Part shown: positions 1-11,939 of the stretch, piece after piece
Position numbering within the stretch: the stretch's first letter is position 1
Layout of the letters: every line of letters begins with the position of its first letter
DNA from: Chiloscyllium plagiosum
Lineage: Eukaryota
Length of the DNA: 64,000 nucleotides
Direction of reading: 5' to 3'
NCBI RefSeq assembly: GCF_004010195.1
Contig: NC_057720.1
Coordinates: 91,523,319-91,587,318, forward strand
Notes under the pieces: model-generated
What the model was told of the DNA's origin: nothing
Seen by the model: only the letters and a program-made list of their open reading frames with translations
Database searches by the model: none
Translations under genes and position numbers: made by a program

Positions 1-299
1 CAGGTTGATGGGTGACCGTATAGAGGTTTATAAAATCATGAGGGGCATAGATAGGGTAAATAGAGAAGATCTTTTCTCCAGAGTGGGGGAGTCCAGAACT
101 GGAGGGCAGAGGTTGAAGGTGACAGGGGAAAGATTTAAAAGGGACCTAAGGGACAACGTTTTCATTCAGAGGGTGTTAAATGTATGAAATGAGCTGCCAG
201 AAGAAGTGGTGAAGGCTGGTACGATTACAACATTTAAAATGTATGGGTATGTAAATAGGAAGAGTTTAGAGGAATATGGGCATCAATCCAGCCCTTAAC

Positions 300-2140
300 A
301 TTTCAGGCTCTTCCAAAGACATTTACAGACAGTTTTGTTTGACAAACAGTCACATATGCAATGTCAGGAACGTGGCAGCCAATTTCTATGCAGCATACCA
401 GTACTTCAAGACTGTCAGGGGGCAGAGGGGAGTGTTGTGGCCATCACTAAGGAGGAGGTACTGGGGAAGCTGAAAGGTCTGAATGTGGATAACTCACCCA
501 GACTGGATGAACTACACCAGTGTGTTCTGAAGGAGATTGTTGAGGAGATTATGGAGGCATTGGTGATGATCTTTCAGGAATCAATGGAGTCGGGGTGTGG
601 AGGTGGGGTGGGGAGGGATTTGATGGGTGCAAGGGACAGGAAAATGGCTCACACTACACCCCTGTTTAAGAAAGGAGGGAGGTAGAAGATGGGACATTGC
701 AGGCCAGTTCACCTGGACTCAGTTGTTGGTAAGGTTTTAGACTTCAATTTAAGGATGAAATTGCAGAGGACCTGGAAGTGCAATGGTAAAATAGGGCTGA
801 GTCAACACGGTTTCATCAAGGGGAATTCATGCCTGGCAAAACTGTTAGAATTCTTTGAGGAGGCAATGAACCAGTCAGCCAAAGGGAAGTCAAAGGAAGT
901 AATCTATTTGGATTTTCCAGAAGGCATTTGACATAAGATAAGCGCCCATTGTGTTAGGGGCAATGCACTGGCATGGACTGAGGACTGGCAGTTTGGCATA
1001 AAGCAGACATGAGGAAAAATGGCAGCTGGTGACCGGTAGAGTTCTGCAGGCGTCAATGTTAGGACCATAACTATTCATGTTATACATTAACAATCTGGAT
1101 GAAGGAAGTGAAGACATTGTTGCTAAGTTTGCAGATGACATGAGATAGGTGGAGGGACAGGTAGTGTTGAGGAAGTGGGAAGGCTGTATAAAGTCCTGGA
1201 TAGGCTCGGAGAGTGGGCAAAGAAGAGGCAGATAGAATACAATGTGTTATAGTGTGAGGTTATGCACTTTGGGAGGAAGAAGAGATGCAAAGACTATTTT
1301 CTAAATGAAAAAAACCTTTAGAAATCTAAAGAACAAACCTCATTCAGGTTTCTCTGAAGGTTAATAGGCAGGTCCAGTTTGTGCTTGGGAAGGCAATTTT
1401 TTTTTATATTTCAAAAATATACTTTATTCATAAAATAATTTAATGGTCTGTACAATTGATCATGCCATACATATGTAAACATGTACATACAGAGATCAAA
1501 ACTTATCATTTTTATATAGGTCTGTACATTTTTTGATCATATGCCCATATAATTAGCTGAGGCGTCAGCAGAGCCCAAATGACTGCATGGGCAAACTCCA
1601 GATCATCGACTCTGAGCCAGAGTTCTTCCAGCATGCAACATTTACTCCAGACATGATCACTGGGAACCACAGTGGGGTCCACCAGTCCTATATCATGGTG
1701 AAACAACACATCAACCGACCCTCCATCCTTATTTTATTTAACTAGTATTGAATTGCTCCTTTACAATTCTAACTTGTTTTTATACATCTGCTTATGCAAA
1801 GAGTGGATGGGGATAAGATGTTTCCAAAAACAGGAGAGACTCGGTAACCAAGGCACAGCCTCAGAATGAAGGGCCGACCCTTTGGAGCTGAGATGAGGAG
1901 GAATTTCTTCAGCCAGAGGGTGGGGAATCTGTGGAACTCATTGTTACAGAGGGCAGTGGAGGCCAAGTCACTGAGTGTATTTAAGACAGAGACAGACAGG
2001 TTCATGATTGTTAAGGGGATGGAAAGTTCCTGTGGAGTCGGCAGGAGAATGGGGGTGAGAAGCATATCTGCCAAGATCAAATGGCAGAGCAGATTCCATG
2101 GGCTGAATGGCTGATTTCTGCTCCTGTTTCTTAAAGTCTT
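300..2140 (+). mobile_element. Decayed CR1-clade RT/3' fragment, interrupted at about 1397-1790
   Basis: PLFKKGGR, QHGFIKGNSCL, YLDF, KFADD and RRNFFSQRVGNLWNSL motifs. Confidence 0.8.
1397..1595 (-). mobile_element. Poly(A)-tailed 3' end of an L1/Tx1-like element
   Basis: T run at 1397-1405 followed by TTTATT (AATAAA on the minus strand) and an AT-rich 3' UTR; absent from the paralogous arm. Confidence 0.5.
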
Positions 2141-2149
2141 CTGGAGAGT

Positions 2150-5100
2150 TTCCCCAAAACCCTGGAACACTGAACCCACTGGACTGTGAACCCTGCTGTA
2201 GCTGTTTGTCATCAGAACTTTGTGAAGAGATTAGCAAAGAGTGGAGAGAATGTGCACCTATATGGGAATTTCAGGATACTTTGCAGTTCCTGGAATACAA
2301 TGAGTGTAGGAAGTGTGGTCAGTGACAGCAGTTGGAGCTCCGGGTTTCGGAGCTTTAGCAGCAGCTGGTGTCAGTGCGGAGAGTCCGTGAGGCTGAGAGC
2401 TCCATGGAGAGCACGTTTCTCGATGTGGTCACTCTGCAGCTTCAGAGTATACAGCAAGAGAGGGAATGGGGGAGCAGCAGACAGTCCAAAAGGATCAGGC
2501 AGCTAGTGCAGGAATCCCCTGAGTGCATCCCACTCTCCAACCAGGATTCAGTTTGGAATCCTGATGAGAATGATGGTTCATCTGGGGAGTGCAGCCAGAG
2601 CCAAATCCATGGCACCACGGGTGGCTCAGCTGTTCAGGGGGGCACAAGGAAGAGCGACAATGAGAGGAGATTCGAGAGTGAGGGCAATTGATAGGTGTTT
2701 GTACAGCTGCAGATGGGAATCCAGGATGGTGTGTTGTCTCCCTGGTGCCAGGGTCAAGGATGTCACTGAGCGTCTGTAGAACACTCTGAGGGGAGAGGGG
2801 GAACAGTCAGCAGTCGTGGTCCACATCATCCCCAGTGACAGAGGGAGAAAAGGGATGTGGTCCTGCAGTCAGAATTTAGAGAGCTTGTGAAGGAATTAGG
2901 AGCAGGAACTAAAAAGTAGGAATCTCCGGATTACTCCCAGTACCCCATGCAAGTGAGAATAGGAACATGACGAGAAAAGAGAGTCCAGGAGGGAGGGATT
3001 TAGATTCTTGTGACATTGGGACTGGCCCTGGGGGAGTTGGGACCTGGACAGACCAGACAGCGTTGCTCCTGAATAGAGCTGGGATTGAGTTTCTTTGGGG
3101 AGATTTGCTAGTGCTGTTGGAGAGGGTTTAAACTAACTTGGCAGGGCTGAGGGAGCCAGGGGGGAATATCAGAGAGGGCCATCAAGGTCCAAGAATCCTC
3201 AGTGCAATCAATACGGCACCACCCAGTGGGAAGGATGTGGAGGAATACACCTGCAAGTCCAAATATTATAGAGTCATTATAATGGAGTGGGGGGGCTTTA
3301 ATTTCTGAATATTGACTGGGGTAGTAGCAATGTGAAGGACAGGAAGGGGCCAGAGTTGTGAGAGTGTGTTCAGGTGAACTTTCTCCAGATGTGTGCTTCC
3401 AGTCCAATGAGAAAGAAGGCTCTGCTAGATCTGGATCTTGGGAGTGAGGAGGCCCAAGTGGATCAAGTGTCAGTGAGAGGACATTTAGGGAAGAGTGATC
3501 ATTGTATCACAAGGTTTAGGGTGATGGAGGAAATGAACAAAGGCCATTTCAGGGTCAAACAAACTCACTGGGAAAAATGGAAGCTTCCATGGCATATGGA
3601 TGTATCAGATTTAAATAAAACAGTGGAGTCACAAGTACTGGACTTATGGGGTCAAAGGTTCATAGGAAATTGTACAGCTGCAGATGGGAATCCAGGATGG
3701 TGTGTTGTCTCCCTGGTGCCAGGGTCAAGGATGTCACTGAGCGTCTGTAGAACACTCTGAGGGGAGAGGGGGAACAGTCAGCAGTCGTGGTCCACATCAT
3801 CCCCAGTGACAGAGGGAGAAAAGGGATGTGGTCCTGCAGTCAGAATTTAGAGAGCTTGTGAAGGAATTCGGAGCAGGAACTAAAAAGTAGGAATCTCCGG
3901 ATTACTCCCAGTACCCCATGCAAGTGAGAATAGGAACATGACGAGAAAAGAGAGTCCAGGAGGGAGGGATTTAGATTCTTGTGACATTGGGACTGGCCCT
4001 GGGGGAGATGGGACCTGGACAGACCAGACAGCGTTGCTCCTGAATAGAGCTGGGATTGAGTTCCTTTGGGGAGATTTGCTAGTGCTGTTGGTGAGGGTTT
4101 AAACTAACTTGGCAGGGCTGAGGGAGCCCGGGGGAATATCAGAGAGGGCCATCAAGGTCCAAGAATCCTCAGTGCAATCAATACGGCACCACCCAGTGGG
4201 AAGGATGTGGAGGAATACACCTGCAAGTCCAAATATTATAGAGTCATTATAATGGAGTGGGGGGGCTTTAATTTCTGAATATTGACTGGGGTAGTAGCAA
4301 TGTGAAGGACAGGAAGGGGCCAGAGTTGTGAGAGTGTGTTCAGGTGAACTTTCTCCAGATGTGTGCTTCCAGTCCAATGAGAAAGAAGGCTCTGCTAGAT
4401 CTGGATCTTGGGAGTGAGGAGGCCCAAGTGGATCAAGTGTCAGTGAGAGGACATTTAGGGAATAGTGATCATTGTATCACAAGGTTTAGGGTGATGGAGG
4501 AAATGAACAAAGGCCATTTCAGGGTCAAACAAACTCACTGGGAAAAATGGAAGCTTCCATGGCATATGGATGTATCAGATTTAAATAAAACAGTGGAGTC
4601 ACAAGTACTGGACTTATGGGGTCAAAGGTTCATAGGAAAGTCTGAGGTGAGCAGTAGAGGATGCAGACCAGGGATAGTCAAGGTATATTTGAGACAGGGC
4701 AAACAATTCCTGAACTCTTTTGAGGACAAAAGTGGGAGAATAATTGTAAATAAGAAAAGGGCAAAAGATAACTAGAGAGTGAATAGGGCCCCATGAAGAT
4801 GAACTAGATACCTCTGGGTGGATCCACAGAAAATGGTCAAGATCCTAAATGAATATTCTGGGTCAGTATTTATCATGGAGAAAGACATGGACGTTTGGGA
4901 ACTCGGGAAGTAAATAGTAATGTCTTGACAAGAGACCACATTACAGAAGAGGATTGCTTCAAATGCATAAAGGTAGATACATCTCCGTGACCTGATCAGA
5001 TATATCCCAGAATATTGTGGGAAGCTAGGGAAGAGATTGCTGGACTCCTTGCTGAAATATGTTTATCATCGACAGTCACAGGTAAGGTGCTGGAGAACTG

Positions 5101-5295
5101 GAGAGGTTGGCTAATGTTAGCCATTATTTAAGAAAGGCTGGAAGGAAAAGCCAGGGAACTATAGACCAGTGAGCCTGTTGTCAGTGGTGGGTAAATTGTT
5201 GGAGTGGATTCTAAGGGACAGGATTTACATGCATTTGGATAGTCAATGTGGTTTTGTGCATGGGAATTGTGTCTTACTAACTTGATTGATGATTT
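2150..5295 (+). mobile_element. Decayed CR1-clade LINE: ORF1 (zinc-finger/coiled-coil plus SGNH esterase-like) and ORF2 EN/RT remnants
   Basis: CRKC and MVCCLPGARVKDVTERL (CR1 ORF1 esterase motif), LLDLDLGS...HLGNSDH (APE C-terminus), then RT N-terminal remnants; many stops and frameshifts. Confidence 0.8.
2700..4639 (+). repeat. Near-identical tandem duplication of about 970 bp (2700-3669 and about 3671-4639)
   Basis: GTACAGCTGCAGATGGGAATCC starts at 2701 and 3672; CATAGGAAA ends at 3669 and 4639; the ORF track shows duplicated ORFs. Confidence 0.92.
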
Positions 5296-7875
5296 TGAGA
5301 TTCCCGTGTTGGACTGGGGTGTACAAAGTTAAAAATCACACAACACCAGGTTATAGTCCAACAGGTTTAATTGGAAGCACACTAGCTTTCGGAGTGACAC
5401 TCCTTCATCAGGTGGTTGTGGAGGGCTCGATCGTAACACAGAAGTTATAGCAAAAATTTGCAGAGACTCTGCAATTCCAGGTGCTTATTGAATTCAAACT
5501 CCACTATCTGTCATGCCAGGACCTGAACCCTTTCTCCCCAAAATATTACTTGGATTTTTGGATGAAAAACTACAAGGGCATTATAACCACTCAGCGGGTA
5601 CAGCAGGAGACAGATGGGAGTAGATTAGTTTGGCAGAACATTCAGCATAGATTGGTTACACTGACGGGCCTGATTCCATGCTATATGACTCTATATTTGA
5701 CGCTATGGAATAAATAGCTGGTTTGGATTAACTGCAGCACCTGATGGGATATGTAATCCTACTGGAGTCTCCGGACGTTGTTTTGCTCAGTGATTCCTTC
5801 CTACACACGGAGCTGGTGACCGGCTTGTCCCCAGTGTTACTGATTAAATGAGTTTCCATTTCTGTGGTTAATTGAATCTCTTCCTGCAGTTCCCACATTG
5901 CCCTGCTTTCTCTGCGGTATCGGTGTCCTTTTTCCAACTCAGGGTGAACGATCCTTTCAAATTGTGGCCACACAAATACAAATCCTGTTTTCCATGTTGT
6001 GAATGTGTTTTCATTCTTTCTCATTCACCCACAGGGTGTAATTATCACTGGTCAGGATAACATTTATTCTTCACCCCTTGTTCGTTGCTGACTGTCTACG
6101 CCACACACCCGGGTGCGATCCCAGCCTCGGGTCTCTATCTGTGGGCAGTCTGCACATTCGCTATGTGTTTGCGTTTTTATTTCTCCCTCATCACCAATGA
6201 TGTGCAGTTACAGGGCTCAACAATGGGAAATGCAGGTTTCTGGGATAGGGAATACCGTAGGTCCTGGTGGGATGCGTTTTGGATTGGACCATCTGGAATG
6301 GAAGGGCTGACTACCCTGCTTCCCCAAACGATGTAGATTCTTGAATTAAGCTCATGTTTTTCTGGCCCTGGAGTCTCTCGTAGGCAGGACTGGGTGAAGA
6401 TTCTGCATAAGGGACATCAATGAATGGGATTGCAGGAAATTAATGTTATTATCTATGTTCCTGAGGCCGGCTTGCATTCGGAATGTTATTCATCGAACTT
6501 AAACATCACCGTTTCCGTGTCCCAGCCCCCAAGGATAACCAGTTCTAAATATTACCCCAACACCACCTTCTCCAGGTATCAGGTTTGACTGTGTGGAAGA
6601 AACTGATTCTGAGCTGATGCAAACAAAATCAGCTTCCATCGCCAGTGTCGGAAACACAGATCCAAACAACAAAAGCATATGTTAAACCCACCACTGCAAA
6701 GCTAACGGCTCAACACGCTTCAATTGTGCCACTTAGCTGTCTCAGCAAGATGCACTATAAATAGCTATGATAGTACAAACGGGGGCAACTATTCCCTTGA
6801 TCAGGAGCACACTCAACCGAGGAATTTCTTGCTTCTATATCATCATAGAAGGACCGCACTGTCACCTATTGCATCACTGGAGCCAGAGAGTAATATCGCG
6901 CACTCATCCCATCCCCATTTCCGGTTGGATCTGGGAGGCTGTGCCGCACTTTCTCTGAATCGAGGCTGTGAACTGAGATTATGTGTGGTTTTCTGCAACA
7001 TTGGTTATGGCCTTTAGGAAGCTGGTGAAGTCGCCGATGTAAAGCTAAAATGCTACTGAAACATACATTTCAACAATATCCTGTACTGTCCCCCGAGTCT
7101 TTGATATTTTGGCGAAATCTATCAATCTCAGTTTTCAACATTCTCATTCAAGGATCTTCACAGCCTCTGAAGACATCGGATTTAAAGATTCAACTCATTC
7201 GCAGTTCCCACATGACTGCCACTCTTCGCTGAGTACTGATATTTTACATTTGCTGTTTTTCCGATCATTTCCTCTGCTAGTACACTTATTGCTGCTTGCA
7301 AGTATCCTGTTCTGTTGTTGCTGTGATCGTGGTCATCTGTATTTTGCATTGTGACCACAGCAACCTCGGTTCGAAACCATACACGACACTAAGTGTTCTC
7401 TCCGTTGTCCTTTTTGTGACACATGGTAAGAAACAGTTGTTTTACCTTCAAATTCCACTCTTTCACATCTCTGCGTTTCATATATCAGGATTCAAACACA
7501 CCCGTTGTCGGAGATTTCTCTCCTTCCCACGATCATTAATCGTCCTTTAGGTCCCTCCTCCCATTTCTCTGAGGCAATGCACAATCCATCACTCTTCTTC
7601 ACATTGATACTGTACTGTCTGTCCTGCGGTCACTGTTGCTGGGTGAACGTGCCGCAATCCCACCATTGGGATCTCCAAACAAGTCGATCCATTTGATCCA
7701 GTAACAGTGTGGACTCTCCCTCTTTATGGGCATTTAAGAGGGCATTGGATAGGTATATGGAGGATAGTGGGTTAGTGTAGTTTAGGTGGGCTTGGATCGG
7801 CGCAACATCGAGGGCCCAAGGGCCTGTACTGCGCTGTATTCTTCTATGTTCTATGTTCTATGAAGAAAGTCACAG

Positions 7876-8045
7876 ATCACACAACAGCAAGTTATAGTTC
7901 AGCACTAGCTTTTGGAGCGCCGCTGACAGCCACCTGATGAAGGAGGGGCGCTCCGAAAGCCAGTGCTTCCAAATAAACCCCCTGTTGGACTATAACCTGT
8001 GTGATTTTTAACTTTGCCTACCCCAGTCAAACACCGGCACCTCGA
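7876..8045 (+). mobile_element. Penelope-like repeat with a short inverted 5' part and hammerhead-like core
   Basis: CTGATGAAGGAGGGGCGCTCCGAAA at 7934-7958 followed by AATAAAC...GTTGGACTATAACC; paralogue at about 23245-23415; related copies at about 5300-5480 (-), 35722-35850 (-), 46383-46470 (+) and 51712-51817 (+). Confidence 0.65.
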
Positions 8046-8890
8046 AGTCTTTGGAGAAGGCTGAGAGGAGAATTGTTCCAGAATTCAAAATCAGGAGGGG
8101 CCTGGACAGAGTAAATAGGGAGAAAGTGATCGCACTTCTGAAAGGATTGAGACCGAGAGACCACAAATTGAAAGTAATTGGGAAATAACAAAAGTGAGAT
8201 GAGGAAAAACGTTTTAGACCAGCGAGTGGTTAAGGTGTGGAATGCACTGCCTGAGAGTGTGGTGGAGGCAGCTTCAATTGAAACATTCCGAAGGGAATGA
8301 GACTGTTATTTGAAAAGGAACAATGTGCAGGGTGACAGGGAGAAGGCAGGAGAATGACACTCAGTGAATTGCTCATTCAGAGAGCCAGTCCAGACAGGAT
8401 GGGCAGAATGGCCTCCTTGTGCGTTGTAACAACTCTGTGATTGTGTGATTGAGCAGAGTTAAGGCTGGGGGAGGTGGGAGCTCGGTGTCTCACTGTGCTG
8501 CCGCTGCTGCTGCTGCTGAGGTCAGTGAGATCAGAGACTGGGACAGGGAGCCAGAGCTCACATCAAACTCTGCCCATGTCCGTCACACTGAGACTGGCAG
8601 GAGGCTACTCACTGATTTCACTCCATGCTGCAGGAATGGGACCACAGGCTGCAAATGGACAGAGCTCCTCCACACGGTGAGTAAAACTGACTGACTTATA
8701 TCTAGCTTTTTAAAGGGGGCAATAGAACTGAAGAAATACAGCTGGACATCCTGTTAGACACAGTGTCCACAATCAACCATTTCATTCACTGCAGCTCCCC
8801 ACTAACACCTTCAACAATTCAGTATTTGTGTTTTAGAAATTGTCTTTAGAAATTGAAAGGGTTAATAACGGAGGATTGAGGTTTACTTAC

Positions 8891-9225
8891 TCAGTTTGAG
8901 CTTGGTTCCTTTACCGAACGTAAACGTTTAGGGTAGCTGTTACATTGCTGACAGTAATAGTCAGCGACATCCTCATTCTGAACGTTGCTGATTTTCAGGG
9001 TGGAACTGGTCCCTGATCCACTGCCGGTGAATCGCTCGGAGACTCCTGTGAATCGAGTTGCTGCATTGAAGATCAGGAGAGAAGGTTCCTGACCTTCTCG
9101 CTGCTGGTACCAAACAAGGACATTGCTAATGCTTTGACTGGCCACACAGATGATGGTTGCGGTCTGGCCCAGTCCCACTGACAGCACCGGGGGAGACTGG
9201 ATGATGATGATGTCCCCACTGATAC
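8891..9225 (-). pseudogene. IGKV: Pre-joined V-J exon of a kappa-type light chain, out of frame at the junction
   Basis: Encodes GISG-DIIIIQSPPVLSVGLGQTATIICVASQSISNVLVWYQQREGQEPSLLIF...FTGSGSGTSSTLKISNVQNEDVADYYCQQCNSYP (both Cys, WYQQ and DYYC present). J (ACG TTC GGT AAA GGA ACC AAG CTC AAA CTG A|gtaagt = TFGKGTKLKL) follows with no RSS in between. The 8 nt between CCT and ACG put J out of frame, and the V frame stops at TGA 8893-8891. Confidence 0.92.
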
Positions 9226-9411
9226 CTGAGGGGTCAGAGAGAAACACAGTGAAGTCAGAACTGTCACAGAAAGAGCCTGTCAAATGAGAGATTGTTGGAG
9301 ACACTGAGCACTCCTCTGGTTTCAACATTTTCCCTTCAATCACAAGTCAGTGGAATTGGAGTGAAATGGAGAGCAGCTAAAGATTCAAGGTGGAAGGAGA
9401 GAGATTTGTAC

Positions 9412-9460
9412 CTGTGATGCAGAATGCCAGGGGCAAGATCAGCTGGATGTGTGAAATCAT
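9412..9460 (-). CDS. IGKV: Ig kappa-type (shark type III/NS4-like) light-chain leader exon L1, MISHIQLILPLAFCIT(G)
   Basis: ATG at 9460-9458; 49-nt exon (16 codons + 1) encoding a hydrophobic signal peptide; GT donor at 9411-9410; AG acceptor at 9227-9226 gives the usual phase-1 L1/L2 split (G|GT ATC AGT GGG GAC ATC). Confidence 0.93.
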
Positions 9461-9520
9461 GGTGTGTGCTCCTGTCCCTGTGCCTGGTTCCTGATAAACT
9501 CTCCCTTCACTGGGCTCTGC

Positions 9521-9617
9521 TTTATAAAGCTGCAGCCTGTGAGAGTCTGACTGGATGTTCCTCAGTATGTAAATGGCATCAGGCAGAGAGAGCCACATCA
9601 ACCCTTCACACTTCCTC
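9521..9617 (-). promoter_or_regulatory. V-gene promoter: TATA-like box, variant octamer and PU box
   Basis: TTTATAAA at 9521-9528, about 60 bp upstream of the ATG; ATTTACAT (minus strand, 9574-9567), one mismatch from the Ig octamer ATTTGCAT at the expected spacing; GAGGAAGTG (minus strand, 9617-9609); a (CT)n tract follows. Confidence 0.75.
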
Positions 9618-10711
9618 ATTTCCCTCTCTCTCTCTCTCTCTCTCTCTGTCTTAGAGAGTCATTGATGTGAACAGCAGTGAATGAGGCCATTTGGCCCATT
9701 GTGTCTGTGCTAATCAACAAAGTTCTGATGACACTAATACCATCTCATGGCCCATTACCCTGGAGGCTACAGCAACGCAAGGGAATATCTAAACACTGCT
9801 CCATTGTCACGAGAGTTTGTGAGTCAACCAGCCTTTCAGGCAGAGAGTTCCAGACTCTCACCACCCTCTGGGTGAAAACATTTCTCCTCAACTCACCCCT
9901 CACTCTCTAACTCGACTGGGCCTGGACTCACTCAAGTTTAGAAGGATGAGAGGGGATCTGATTGCAACATATAAAATTCTCACACGGCTGTGCAGGGAGG
10001 AGGTTTCCCCTGGTTGGGGAGTCTGGAACCAGGGGAAACAATCTCATGGGGATATGGAGTAGACAATTTGGGACTGAGATGAAGAAACATTTCCTCCCTG
10101 AGAGGGTGGTCAATCTGTTGAATTCTGTACCACAGAAGGCTGTGGAGGACAGGGAACTGAATATATTCAAAAAAGGAGAGAGATAATTGTTTTGCATTTT
10201 AACAGCATGAAGGGAATGGAGAGAAAGGAGGAATATGACTTTGAGAGAGAGAGAGGATCAGCCATGATCAGACTGAATGACAGAGCAGACTCAAAGGGCC
10301 AAATGGCCTATTATTGCTCTGGTTACTGTGTGCTCATGCCTTCGATCTCTGTCTCTCATTATTGAGTGCTTTACTCATGTAAAAAGTGCCTTCCTACTCA
10401 CCCTATCACTGCCCCGAATAATCTTATAGCCCTCTGTCAGGTCCCCTCTCAGCCTTCACTGCTCTAAGGAAAACAACACCAACCTTTCCAACCTTTCCAT
10501 CGCAGGCAGCACCCTGGTAAATCTTACCTGTACCATCTCGAGTACACTCACATCCTTCCAGAATGTGGTGACCAGGAACTGTCCATCTCTCCAGGAGAAA
10601 GTGAGGACTGCAGATGCTGGAGATCAGAGCTGAAAAATGTGTTGCTGGAAAAGCGCTGCAGGTCAGGCAGCATCCAAGGAGCAGGAGAATCGACGTTTCG
10701 GGCATAAGCCC

Positions 10712-11410
10712 GTCTCTCACTTTGTCTCACATCTGCCATTTCTTTCTCTCTCTCTTTCGCCCATTGTTAATCTCTCTCATATTCTTTCTCTCTCTCTCTC
10801 ACTCACACACTGCCTCACAGCCATTCTCTCCAACTCACTCACACTTCATCACTCCATCTCATAATTTCTACTTCTCCATCTCTCACTGTCTCAGTCTCTC
10901 GCTCCCTCTCTCGCTTCAATTGAAAGCCTCCAATTGTTAGCTGCGCCTCTGTATTCCTCCCTCTTTCTCTCTCCTTCCCTCTCTGCCTCCCAATTAACAG
11001 TCTCTCTCCCTCCCTCTCTGTCATTCTGTCTTTAGCCAGACTCCTCTCTCTCACACACACACTCAACCCTACCCTCTCTCTCTTGATTCCCTTCATGTTT
11101 GGTCTCACACCCACCCTGTCTCTTTCTCTCTCTCCTTGTCTCTTTCTCTCTCTCCACCCCTCTTAGTCACACTGTCTGATGTCTTGTTTCTCTGTCTCTA
11201 TCCCTCAACTTCACCATTTCTACCTCCATCTGGGTCCCCTCACATATCTCACACTGTCTCAGATGCTCCTCCCTCTGTCCTTCTGTTGCTCAATCTCTCT
11301 CACTCACTCACTCTCTCACTCTCTCACTCACTCACTCACTCATTCATACTCTCTCACACTCACACACTCTATCTCTCTCTCTCTGTCTCGCTTCTCTCTC
11401 TTTCTCACAG
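10712..11410. repeat. Pyrimidine-rich (CT/CA, CTCA) low-complexity tract
   Basis: Degenerate (CT)n and (CTCA)n microsatellites. Confidence 0.9.
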
Positions 11411-11939
11411 TGTCCCGGATGATGACAGTTGAATGCAGGATAAATCTCCCTCTGCTCTGTCCCACTGATGGATGTTCACCCTTGACCCAGAAGCATGTCT
11501 TTTCCTGGAGTAAGGCCCCATTTCCCACACTGACCAAACATTTAGCTTGTCTCAGGCAGATGGACAGATTCTTGTCAAATGAAGGACAGTTCTGTGTTGT
11601 TGCCCTATTCTCCCTGGAGGCTGGTTTGGACACAAACCTCATTCCATGAAGGTCCAGCAGAGAGAGGAGATCCTTAGGCCATCAGTGTGAGCTGGAGGGA
11701 CAGGACAAACTCTGACCCATCCTGTCCATCCACATCATGTTCCAATCCCTTCCTCTCTCCTTCCCCTCCCATGATCAGGCTCTGGGTCAGGGTGTTTCAC
11801 TGGAATGAGGGCTGGACCATTAGACAATTACAACAGAAAATAACTGAACCCCACATCCACCATGGTGTCCGTGACTCACTGGACTCTCCAACAGTGCCCA
11901 GTAAACGTGGAATTCAGTTCACGGAGCTGACTGGTGGAG

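Larger units (their letters stand above)
390..8554. repeat. Arm 1 of an inverted segmental duplication (J-C intron of cluster A)
   Basis: Reverse-complement matches: 8449-8479 to 22804-22834, 7862-8450 to about 22835-23430, about 1800-5295 to about 25000-27480, about 415-1395 to about 27775-28755, and about 390-414 to 30538-30562. Confidence 0.9.

Noticed and set aside
2368-2829. Repeated MVCCLPGARVKDV ORFs (also about 26.5 kb and 60.5 kb) as a novel host gene family
   Set aside because: The motif is the esterase-like ORF1 of CR1 LINEs, disrupted in every copy and multiplied by the segmental duplications.
9245-9283. CACAGTG heptamer in the leader intron (also 8759-8765 and CACTGTG at 8491-8497) as an RSS
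   Set aside because: No ACAAAAACC-like nonamer at 12- or 23-bp spacing, and not adjacent to a coding end.
8891-9343. 150-aa ORF start at 9343 and the C-exon ORF start at 55201 as true N-termini
   Set aside because: The upstream portions are intron; splice acceptors at 9227-9226 and 55085-55084 define the exons.
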